DNA of 63,506 nucleotides, counting the filler, from Craspedostauros australis (taxonomy: Eukaryota), in the NCBI GenBank assembly GCA_030167865.1. It is 5 parts of 5 records of this genome, joined end to end, with 100 filler letters (N's around TTAATTAATTAA, not from the genome) between each part and the next. Parts side by side here need not be neighbours in the genome. Positions count along the whole stretch, not along the records: positions 27,974 to 57,542 come from JALAGF010000058.1; positions 57,643 to 60,690 come from JALAGF010000061.1; positions 60,791 to 61,951 come from JALAGF010000064.1; positions 62,052 to 63,506 come from JALAGF010000067.1; 1 more part is not named here. One strand, 5' to 3'. The notes beneath the pieces were generated by a model. The model was not told the DNA's origin, made no database searches, and worked only from the letters and a program-made list of their open reading frames with translations. The translations under genes and the position numbers were made by a program. Below are positions 53,401 through 63,506 of the stretch, piece after piece. The stretch's first letter is position 1, and every line of letters begins with the position of its first letter.

Positions 53401-54170
53401 TGTTGCGCCTGCGTTGAGGCGAGAGTCGTGCTCGTTGGTTTAGGGGAGCTTGATTTGTGACCAATGCACTTGGCCTCGCCGGATGTGCATCCACCAACTC
53501 AAGACCTCTTGATCGGCAAAGACAGCTGCCAGCACTTCACACTCTCATCGATGTTGCTCCCGCTGCTGGCGATGACGCCACCCTGGATTGTTGGGGTTTC
53601 GAAGATCGAAACACGCACCATCATCTTCCTTCTCCTGTCTGGTGTTTCGTCATCGCGATGTTCTTCGAAGGTGTGACAAAAAGAGAATTCTTGCGATTTC
53701 CATCTCCCCACATTTTAAAATTTGATTTGCTTCTTTGGTAGTCGGAAAGTGATGGCTCGAATTTCGAGATGCTTGTCGTCACGGCATTGCCTCTCTCGAG
53801 TCAGGGTAGACTGTGGCGACCACGAGTGCGAGCGCGAGTACGAGTAGATGGGGTGAGACGAGCGCAATCGGAGGTCGTACCCACCCTCCGCAATCCTGAT
53901 GTTGTGGCAAGGATGCAAACGTCGCCGAGTGAGCGCGATGGATTAACCTCCGATGGCAGTTCTGTGGCAGTGATACCGCCACATATCGGAGAAATGGAAA
54001 GCTTGGGTGCCGAGCACCACGCCGAGCAAGTGTGTTCCTCTACGGGTATGTATCTCCGTGCGCATGAATACGAGTACGACCAGAGAGCAGCAGAGCGCGA
54101 GTCCTCTTTAATAATTGTATGGCGCATTGAGCGATTGTCTGCACGTATGAGTATGCATTCACAAGGTTTT

Positions 54171-55862
54171 CTATTTGAGCATGTTATCTGTCATTTCCTC
54201 GATGACGACCGCGAGACAAGACATGAGGCAGGGATCGACGCCGGGACGCAGCACGAGGGAGCTGTTGCCGGTGCTCGTGTATGTGACGCCCGCGCAGACG
54301 TTGCCAGTGGCCTTGACGAGGAATCCGCGCTTGCGGTTCCATCGAAAGATCGAGGGACCGAAATGCTCCGTGACGAACTTGAGGGCTGGCTCGCCTTTGA
54401 GCTTCATTGAGAACTTCATGTGGAGGCCAGTGTTTGAGTTTTTGATTTCGGCCCACTGGTAGAATGCTGGGATGTGGACGGTTGCGGCGGTGCGGCTGCT
54501 GTCGTGGGTGATATTGGCACCGCTGTTGTTGCTGCTGTTGTTGCTGGTGGTGGTGTTCCTGCCGCTGGCTTCAGGCGACTTGCCGATGCTGTTCTCGCTG
54601 TTGTTTCTTCTTTTGCTGCTGCCGGTTTTGGCTCGACCTTGGCCGCTACCAGTCTTCGAGGTAGCAGCCTTGTCAGACTTCTTGTCTGGTTTCTTGCCAA
54701 TTCTCTTCCCAAGCTTGTTCTTGGTGTTGGTGTCGCCGGTGGTGTCATTCTCATCGCTCCTGTTGTAATAGCGATCCATGCTTTCCATGATGTCCTTGCA
54801 GGGCTTCTGGCCCTCGTAGATGGGCTGCAGACCGAAGATGCGGTAGTGGTGCCTGCCGTCCTGATTGCGGTGGCGGTGCAGGATGGCCTGGATCTTCTCA
54901 GCCTTGACCTTTGGTTTGGCTGCGAGATTGGGAGCGCCGCTGGCAGTGCTGTCGACGTTGGATGCGTCAGTGTTGTTGCTGTTGTTGTTGCCGTTGATAC
55001 TTGTGTTGGCATCTGCGTTGACATTGCTGGTATCGTTACCACCATTGCTGTTGCCGACGACACTGTCCGTGTTGACAACGCTGTCATCATCAATCGCAGT
55101 GAGCACCTTCATGTGCCTGTAGATGTTCTGGATTTGGGCGAGGGGCTGCTGGTCTCGCTGCCTGCGTATCTGCACCGTCTCGTCGCCGTTGCCCTGCGAT
55201 GACAGCTGGAATGTTTGGAATTGGAAGGACTTGATGGGAAGGGCCGCTTCTGCCATGGACTTGGCGCCGACGATCTCGAGGTACTCATCGTCTTCATCCA
55301 TGACGGTCTCCGCGGAATCATGCAGCGCGTTTTTGTGGACGGACTCTGTCTGTTGCTGCTGATACTGTTGCTGATACTGTTGCTGATATGATTGCTGACG
55401 TTCTGGTTGACTCTGATGCGGCTCCGTCATGCTGTGCAGGGGCGGTGCCGGTGGCAACGGCGTGAAGAAGGTTTCATGCTGCGAGATCTGGTCATGCTGC
55501 GCCCGCTTGGACAGCAGCTTGATGCAACGCGTGCTACGCTTCTTGCAACGTGGAGAGACGGGGGATTTGATGGAGGAGGTATCCTTGCTCTTCTTGCTGT
55601 GGCGGAAGGCGAAGGACTTGGGGACGGCAGTCTCCTTGTTCTTCTTGCTGCTGCTGCCGCTCTTCTTGGCCTTCCTCCTCTTGTGGCTGCCGCTGCTGTG
55701 GTGGCTGCGCTTGTCGAGGGTGGAGGCAGCGGGGACGTTGGAGTCGGCAGAGAAGCTGCGTCTCCTGGTGCTGAGGAACGCGTCTTCTCCGATTGTGGGC
55801 AGCGTCGGTTGGGCCAGCGAGTTCGTTGGGCCGCTTCGCTCCATGTTGTTGCCTCTGGTCAT
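54171..55862 (-). CDS. Protein with long low-complexity N-terminus and C-terminal Tubby/LURP-one-like beta-barrel domain, ~563 aa
   Basis: YRIFGLQPIYEGQ...FYQWAEIK...LVLRPGVDPCLMSCLAVVIEEM ending. The PGVDP plus hydrophobic helix ending is typical of Tubby-C/LURP folds. Confidence 0.65.
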   Translation of the reverse strand: MTRGNNMERSGPTNSLAQPTLPTIGEDAFLSTRRRSFSADSNVPAASTLDKRSHHSSGSHKRRKAKKSGSSSKKNKETAVPKSFAFRHSKKSKDTSSIKSPVSPRCKKRSTRCIKLLSKRAQHDQISQHETFFTPLPPAPPLHSMTEPHQSQPERQQSYQQQYQQQYQQQQTESVHKNALHDSAETVMDEDDEYLEIVGAKSMAEAALPIKSFQFQTFQLSSQGNGDETVQIRRQRDQQPLAQIQNIYRHMKVLTAIDDDSVVNTDSVVGNSNGGNDTSNVNADANTSINGNNNSNNTDASNVDSTASGAPNLAAKPKVKAEKIQAILHRHRNQDGRHHYRIFGLQPIYEGQKPCKDIMESMDRYYNRSDENDTTGDTNTKNKLGKRIGKKPDKKSDKAATSKTGSGQGRAKTGSSKRRNNSENSIGKSPEASGRNTTTSNNSSNNSGANITHDSSRTAATVHIPAFYQWAEIKNSNTGLHMKFSMKLKGEPALKFVTEHFGPSIFRWNRKRGFLVKATGNVCAGVTYTSTGNSSLVLRPGVDPCLMSCLAVVIEEMTDNMLK

Positions 55863-57542
55863 GCTTCTTCTGGATGTCAATGTGTGTGCGTTCGTTTGTG
55901 TGTTTATTTGTTTGTTGTGATTGTGGTTGTTGCTGAGGCAATGGTTGTGGTGAAGAGAGCAGAGTCGAGGATTGGTGGCTTGCCTGATTTTATGATCAAT
56001 CGGCGATGCCTCCCCCCTCGCTCTCTATTTCTCTCTGTCTTGTTGTTGGGATGGGTTTGGTCGTGATGGTGGAGGGCGTTTCTCCTTTTTGCACGGTTCT
56101 TCGTGTTGTGTCGTTTCGAGTCGCGTTGCGTTGCGCCACGGCGGTACAGTCGAAGCATCGTCACACGATGCCAAAAAGCGAGTCGGCTGCCACAGTGGTT
56201 GCATTTGTCACGTTGCTGCCGACCCACACCAACAGATGACAATTATCGCTACTACGGGAATACTCCGAACAGTCGCAACAACAGCTTAATTAACACACAT
56301 GGACGTTCCGACAAAACACAGACACACATACGGACATATTTTCCTGTAGTTTTTTGAATCGCGTTCGTTCTGCTGACCCGAAAGGGATGAAGAAGATGGC
56401 CTTGAGGTAATTGTAATTACCATCTTTTCTCTACCAAAACAATACTGGTATTAGTACAGTCGAGTACACGAATGTGCTACAAAAACAACCATTCAGCGCG
56501 TTTGTGACAAGAACGCTGGACTGGGATGCGCTAATGTTTGGTACTCTATCGTCCAAATGACAATTCGAGCGGCATGTCTGCATTCGCTGGTTCATACCGT
56601 CGAGTCCCGACCGTGATCAACACCATTGCCACTAAATAGCGAGAAGTAGCAGCTAGTGTCCACGATCAGGCTCGATGACGGTGCCGCCTGATAGCCACTT
56701 TTTCCATTCCTTTGGGTGACTACTTCCTCCGTCTCCGCGTTTCTCTCCTTTTTCTGCTTTCCTACAGCCATACCGCAGCGCTGTCTTGTGATGGTTCTAC
56801 CGGGAACACAAAGCTGAGTTTGCGGTGCATTTACCTGTAACAAATGTGCTAATACACACTGAGAACTGATGGTGCAATTACGCCTGTGGCGGCGGTGATC
56901 TCCACAGCACCAAACTGTTCCACACAAACACACAAACACACAGACACACACAGAGAGAGAGACCGTGCATGTCCATGTGGTGAGATGTATTGCATTGTGA
57001 TTGTCTCGTTCGACAACCATGAGCAACGATGTGCTGTTGGATGTTTTCTCCCGTTGCCTAGCAAAACAAAGTCGTCATGTGTGATTCGATGCTCACGGTC
57101 AATCCTCCCCATGGAGAGACAATGCAATCATCTCGTTGCTCGTACGTAATGACTGTTGGCATCATCAACATCTCGAGAAGTTGTGGGTGGGATGTCACGA
57201 GCATTCGAAGAGCCTGTTCCAATTCGAGAATATTCATCCCAAGATCTACCACCCGATGTGATTCGCCACTCCAGAGACTTGGGACCTCCCACATGTGCCG
57301 ATTGCCGAACTCGCCACGTCCCATTCAATCCTTTCTCCCAGGATATCGCCAGAAATGGATGGCAAAAGAATGTGTTTGGGTCACAAGACGGAAGTGTAAT
57401 CAATGATATGCCAAGAAATGAGGTGAACAAGCAAATAGAGCACTCTCTGGAGGTAACATACTAGCTGCACTCAATGTAAAACGGTGTCGCGATATCACTA
57501 GTTGTGGAGTTTTGGCCCCTTGTTGCCACTGGTTTGCTTGCT

Positions 57543-57642
57543 NNNNNNNNNNNNNNNNNNNNNNNNNNNNNNNNNNNNNNNNNNNNTTAATTAATTAANN
57601 NNNNNNNNNNNNNNNNNNNNNNNNNNNNNNNNNNNNNNNNNN
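57543..57642. other. Assembly gap with artificial linker
   Basis: 44 N + TTAATTAATTAA + 44 N. Confidence 0.97.
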
Positions 57643-57790
57643 CATGGCACGTGTCAGCCAGGGACTAGAACAACTCAGAAAGGGCATCATCCATGACACC
57701 AATCATGACACCAATCGTAAAGTTCGATGTCAGGAGATCAAGAGCGAAACGCAAGACTGTGGAATCGTACCACAGGGAATGTAGAATAAG

Positions 57791-57864
57791 GATATGCACG
57801 ACGAGGTGCATGGCAAGAATGCCTACGGATATGCACGACGATGTGCATGACAAGGACGCCTACG
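57791..57864. repeat. Two-copy 37-bp tandem duplication
   Basis: GATATGCACGACGAGGTGCATGGCAAGAATGCCTACG followed by GATATGCACGACGATGTGCATGACAAGGACGCCTACG. Confidence 0.85.
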
Positions 57865-58160
57865 GATGAGATCTCATGCATGCAAGCGTTGATTCATGAT
57901 GATGAGATGCATGAACGCAACAGTCTAACACGATGCTGCTGCAGGAGATGCTACATGAGAAACGAAAGGCAAAGGAGCTGAAGAGAATGAACTCACAGTT
58001 CTGAATAGTACGATCTAACAACCCATTAGCTCTTACTAACACTAACCCCGGATTTCCAACAGTCATCAATTATCAGCACAAAACTGAATAGTGCAAAGTA
58101 CGTTACTCCCGTAGCCCCCACTATCTATAAATTTCACTTGTGTTCGGTTCAGCAATCGCA

Positions 58161-58229
58161 TCACCTGTAGCTCAATGTAGAGCACCAGTAATTCTATCTG
58201 AGGTTCCAGGTTTGAATCCCGGCATGGTA
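58161..58229 (+). pseudogene. Degenerate tRNA gene (possibly Arg-TCT-derived; identity uncertain)
   Basis: A-box/D-arm TAGCTCAATGTAGAGC and T-arm CCAGG-TTTGAAT-CCCGG, with mismatched acceptor and anticodon stems. TATAAA at 58126 and TTTT at 58236. Confidence 0.65.
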
Positions 58230-58596
58230 CTTTGCTTTTGCTCTCCCCTCGTGATTTTTATGATAGTGCTCTAATATCAATTTTGGGTCATGATTGCGCC
58301 AACAAATATTCCTGCTGGCACGCAAGTGTGACTGATGCATACACATCCGAGTACACACATTCCAACAAGTGTGATGAGTGCACGGACATGGGGAACTTGG
58401 TGGTGCATGCATGTCCATGGTGAATTCAAGATGAATGCATGATGAATGTATGCTGGACCAATGGATGGACCCATGGAGATCTCAGGAGGAGATCAAACTT
58501 TGGGAGTTGAGAGCAATGAAGAGCTCACAGTTCAGAGAAGTAGATGCTAACAAACGATTAGCTTTCTACTATCACCACCACCCCAGATTTCCAACA

Positions 58597-59020
58597 TTCA
58601 GCATTGGTAAGTTGACATGCGTGCAGCTTCTGTGGGCTGATTCTGTATGTGATCATCTGCACGTGGCATGGTAATGTCACACTCATTCACTCATTCATTC
58701 ACTCACTGGACGCATCATTCATGACAACAAAACAAACAACAATACAAACAGGCTTCCTACCGGACCTGTGGGATCACCTTTCGAACATGTGGAACATGAG
58801 CTCCGCCAAATACCTCATCTGCTACTTGAATCCACACGATCTCATCAAAATCTCCAACTTTGACATCGAGCTGGTGTCCTGCATGCCAACCTCCATGCAT
58901 GGATGGAAGGAGGGACATCTGGGATACGTCTACAAGCGCATCTGTGCTAGGGAAGAAGGCAACAAATCCTGCGGCCGTCGATGTGCCAACGCAAACAGCA
59001 ACAGCCGCAACCGCAACTGA
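58597..59020 (+). pseudogene. Intron-containing 3' fragment of a SAM-methyltransferase (DOT1-like) gene
   Basis: FSIG|FLP across a GTAAGT...ACAG intron (58607-58751), then DLWDHLSNMWNMSSAKYLICY...FDIELV...TSMHGWKEGHLGYVYKR. From memory this resembles the C-terminal end of a diatom DOT1-like family. No upstream catalytic part is visible. Confidence 0.45.
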
Positions 59021-60690
59021 CGAGTCAAGTGCGACCCCATCTTCCAAGAGGCCTACAACCTGGTCTGCGATGGTTTGGAGCCTTTGCACAAGATGGTGAC
59101 ACAGCAAGCTATCTCGACCATGAACTCGGGATGCATGACTCGTTCACGCGGAATGAAGCTGACGCGATGAACGTGATTGATCATGTCACTCATTCAGGGG
59201 AGACGAGAGAAAGGAGAAACGCACCAATTACAGAGTAAGTGCATGAGCATGTCACCAGGCCACGCCGTGCGTAAGTGTTGGACGATGTCGCGATGACAGT
59301 GGCTGTGACGACGGCAGCAATCATGGCTGTGACCGTGAATGATAGCACGAGTACGGCAGTGCAATAGAGCCGCAAAGGGAGTTACACGTATTATAGATAG
59401 TGCAAGATGCACCACAACACGCAAAGCAACACAACAGGCTGCAGCATGACGACACATGGGATGTAGCAAGCGGCATCGGCCACAACGAGGAGAGACTCTG
59501 GATAGTAAAGAGAGAGCACTTCGGCTTGATTCTCTTGTTTTCCCTCCTGGACGTGTTGACTCTCCCGGGTGAGTATGGCTGCCTGTGCCGTTGCATTTTT
59601 CGCGCCGGCTGACTGGCGACAACACATTTCGGTTTGGATCTTGGTTGCTGACATCACACGCATTCGGACGGTCCAGTCATAGCCCGAACCACAAGATACC
59701 TCCTCACATGGCGCCCAGCAACCGCCAACCCTGGATTGAAATGACCTCTCTGAGATCTCCTCGTGTCTCCGCTTGTTCAAACACCAATGCCTGGAGTGGG
59801 ATTCGGGGTTGATAGGAACACAGACTCAAGCATGCGATCAAAGGCCTGGCATCCATGACATCTTCGAAAATGGGAGTTCACAGGTGTTCCCACTTTTCGA
59901 TCACACGCAGATGGGAGCGACCAAAAGAGTTCCGTCTCATAGCTCCTGCATTTCAGTGTCGATGGTGGCGAAGGAGGTCGCACCCTCATTGAGAATTGCT
60001 TCTCCGTCTTGGTGTCAACGATTGCCAGAGATCGTCACTTCCGATCTGTGGCACCAAAGCATCGAACAGAATCGAACACCATCAGTCAGATTCCAAGATA
60101 TCCACGGAGAGTACTTCAACCCACGCCAGCGCAACGTACCAAGTTCACGACGACGGAACTTCATCAGGTGCTTCTGGAAGCCGCGAGTCACCCAAGATTC
60201 TGTGACAACTCAACACAGCATTACGAGGACACGCTCGAGCTGGATGACATCTGCTGCGACCTTCTGCGTGTCCAAACTCCAGGGTGCGACCATGTCCCGA
60301 AAGTACAATGCAACGTGATGCGAAGGTGACTCTTTCGGAGAGCTTTACTTCTGATGCATCGTCGGGAAGCTGTCGAAGAGCAGTGGAGCAGTTCTCAGAA
60401 GTCTTTGGGCGACCTGCCCAGTGATGAGACTGGTACTTCATCGAACGCTTCTGGAAACCTAGCTGTACCTCCCAAGATTCTGCATCAACGCAGCACTGTG
60501 TTGCAAACTCGGAGCATGTGCGATCTGATGCGATCTTGTGCGTGTTCGAATTGGCGTGCGACCATGTCTTGAAGGTGTACCGGAATGCAACAGGAGCGCA
60601 GCAATGTGCTCCACACATCCCCCAACCACGCTCTCACAAAACCCCGAAACTCAAACAAGTTGTGAAGCTGGGAAAGCCACAAGCTCACAT

Positions 60691-60790
60691 NNNNNNNNNN
60701 NNNNNNNNNNNNNNNNNNNNNNNNNNNNNNNNNNTTAATTAATTAANNNNNNNNNNNNNNNNNNNNNNNNNNNNNNNNNNNNNNNNNNNN
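60691..60790. other. Assembly gap with artificial linker
   Basis: 44 N + TTAATTAATTAA + 44 N. Confidence 0.97.
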
Positions 60791-61951
60791 GGTAGGTCAT
60801 CATGTCATCTGATTCAGTATGGATTATAATGCTGTAATCGCGATCATGATGTGCAGCAGGTCACTCCCAAAAAAGATGACTCGTAACCCGCGACGAGCTG
60901 CGCCGTTGTCTACTCACGAGGCTCGCATCAACACACATGATCACCACGAACAGAAAGGAGACCAATCGAACGAAGGTCTGATACCGAGATGGAGGTACCT
61001 CAATGTCCAATTCGAACAGATGACGTCACATGATGACGTACCAATGCGACACCATTCAGACAACAAAGAGATTCTGGATGACGTGCTTGCGAGCCTGCAA
61101 CACTTGCGAAGAAGTCTTGGGAGCAACAACGAATCAATTTACCGCAGCTTTCAATATAACCCTTCTCCGTTAAATGCGGTCCCAACCCATGTCGCACACA
61201 AACCTCGACCGATCGGAGTCGTATGGATTTGTTGTTCCGGTTTTGAACGCTTCTGGGAGACCAGTCATAATTTCATAACGAGTTGTGTGCAACATGCATT
61301 TAGTCAGTAGNNNCACGGGACTCATTTCCGCTGAGTCTGTGTTGTCAATACTCCACANGANTCGTAATCGCCACTTGNGATCAGGATGAGNGAGGCTCGT
61401 CAGTTGTGAAATTATGTGCCTTGCGACTACCAACACTCACAAAGTGTACGTCTTTGGAGACACAAGGCAATCCGTAGTCGTACTTCTCCCAGATTTGGAG
61501 GTGCTCGATGCAAGCGTGAAATTACAGAAGACGGAAGCAACATCATTTCCCTCCATCCGACCAAGAATGAAGAGAAAGAACCAACCGATGGCCAACCGAT
61601 GGCCAACGTATGTATGCCAACAATCNCAACACCACGTCGCTACCAAGAATCAAAGGAGGAAGACGACACAACAAGAGGAAGNACCTTGCGGCAATGNTTG
61701 TTTNGGNCCNGCAAGAGGAGGGTTGGACGNAGCAAANCAGAGCANAGAAGGANTGTTGTNGTGGATGANACTGATTGCGACGAGCAAGCGCAAGCATCCT
61801 TGGAAGTGGAAGCGCAGGTGGAAGTGCAGATGTAAGCGCAAGGACCTACTCTGCTCGATTCGACTCTAATCGTATCAAAAGCGACATCGGCGCCACCAAG
61901 ATCACGAGGCTCATCATCCCATCATGGCCGACACCTCCCAAAACCAACACA

Positions 61952-62051
61952 NNNNNNNNNNNNNNNNNNNNNNNNNNNNNNNNNNNNNNNNNNNNTTAAT
62001 TAATTAANNNNNNNNNNNNNNNNNNNNNNNNNNNNNNNNNNNNNNNNNNNN
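61952..62051. other. Assembly gap with artificial linker
   Basis: 44 N + TTAATTAATTAA + 44 N. Confidence 0.97.
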
Positions 62052-63506
62052 TGTGCTTGTCCAATCCGTCATCGACGTCACGAAATTGGATACTTCGTCA
62101 TGAAACACCAATGATATGACGATGCGCAACATCATCAGGTCTGCTTCGTCGTGGCGAAGTGGTTGAGTGGAGTTGGTACTCCTCGAGTGTTTTGTGTCGT
62201 GGTCTTTTTGGACAGTCGGTACAATTGGAGGTAAATCTCCACATCCCCCAACATGTGAGGCCGGTTGAGAGTGGCAAACTCGACACACCGACATGGAAGT
62301 GGAGCAAACACCAAAAAAATACCACAATGGCCGTCGAACGGTATGCTTGGCGCCGCAACAACCAGCCGGCCAATTCAAGATTCAAGCATATCGCCGTCAC
62401 CTCCACGCAACGTTTGGTGGGTGGACGAACGGAGGCAGGAAGAGGGGTTGATTTGGGGCCGTCGTAGGCCCCAGAAATACGATCAACAATTTGGCTCCAA
62501 ATCGGCTCGTTGGTTTTGGCCTATGTGTGGCACACACTGGCCATATCAGCGCCTATGGATGCGCAGGATGCCTCAAGAGGGGCACGAAGAAGGCGCCCTC
62601 GAAGTTTGAGGCTCGCCGAGCACCGGGAAGGTGTCCGCGCGGAGGAAAAGGTGGTTTTGAGGAGTTTTGGTTGGGGCTCGCCTGGCACTGGTCGCGTGGC
62701 TTTGGCGGTGAGGGGCGATGGGAAGACGCCCCTCAATCGTCAAGCCACCCATACAAGATGGGTGCGACATTGGCTGAAGATGGGCATCGCGAAGTATGCT
62801 CCGCTCAAGTTGTCTGGAAGAGGCTGCAGCTGACCATATCTGCAGAATGGTCGTTGTTCGTGAGACCAAAAAATGTACCACCACATCATCATGTGGAGGT
62901 GTATCACGTCGGCCAGGCACTCCCATCCCATTCTGGATGCATCCGCGTGTCACCATGGAGTGTGGGAATGCACGAGGAGTGCTTGGAGGGGCTGAAAGGA
63001 TTGTATGGATGAGGTATGGATCTGTATCCATACCACATCCGGATTGAACACGTTTTTTGGCAATTGCTCTGTTTCAGTGTGTGGCTGCATTGCTGCATGC
63101 AGAGCGAATGTCTGTGGCCAGCCTTCATGGAGTCGATAGCTGGGGGGTATGCAGAGCGAATGGTATGCACAGTTTGCTGAAATACAAGGATGATGATGAT
63201 GATCATGTGTGCTCATTGGAGGGCAACATTGTGGCATCAATATTTTTTCCGAATCCACCACACAACACACAGCAAACCAACATGACTTCCAAAATATGTT
63301 CTATTGTAATTTAACTTCGATATTATGATTAAACGATAGTCAGGCGTCTGAATGCAATGTTTAGATTTAATTGTAAACGATGTGTTGTTGAGATATAGCA
63401 TGACAAGCAGATATTTGGGTGGTTTTTGGATGGCCTCTAGACTCGTTGTAGTAGCATGGTCTGCCACCCACAAAACTCCACAACTAGTGTTATCGCGGCA
63501 GTACGT

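Noticed and set aside
58161..58229. Functional tRNA gene
   Set aside because: Mutated T-loop, missing D-loop GG, and mispaired acceptor and anticodon stems; reported as a pseudogene instead.
59773..63012. ORFs of 140-180 aa (59773-60318, 60819-61310, 61416-61835, 62491-63012) as transposase or host genes
   Set aside because: No DDE, RT, Rep/helicase or other motif recognisable; low-quality gapped sequence. Left unassigned.

Overview
Eukaryotic, intron-containing genomic DNA. The sequence points to a diatom, most likely pennate: a CoDi-type Copia element, ASAFAP-like plastid presequences, a silicanin-like protein and RXL motifs. It is a draft scaffold with four artificial 100-nt gap linkers. 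Positions 1-~4050 are the 3' part of an intact Ty1/Copia LTR retrotransposon. About 280 bp downstream, in the same orientation, is a helicase-less Dicer-like gene whose second RNase III domain lacks all four catalytic acids and which carries two predicted membrane helices. Positions 10-56 kb are gene-dense: silicanin-like protein, APC13, a convergent pair of plastid-targeted paralogs (one ending in a KWSP motif), a six-repeat SH3-like protein, MRE11, a truncated Cys-rich extracellular protein, a type II LRR membrane protein, a MOV10/SDE3-like helicase, a SET protein, a fatty-acid-hydroxylase-family protein, a DUF2431(BMT5)-ZnF-S4-RluA fusion, MYCBP, GT61, a MINDY deubiquitinase, a FUSC/ALMT-like transporter and a Tubby/LURP-like protein. 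Positions 56.3-63.5 kb are degenerate and gapped, with a decayed tRNA locus, an intron-bearing methyltransferase gene fragment and diverged duplications. All family calls come from recognising motifs by eye; no searches were run.
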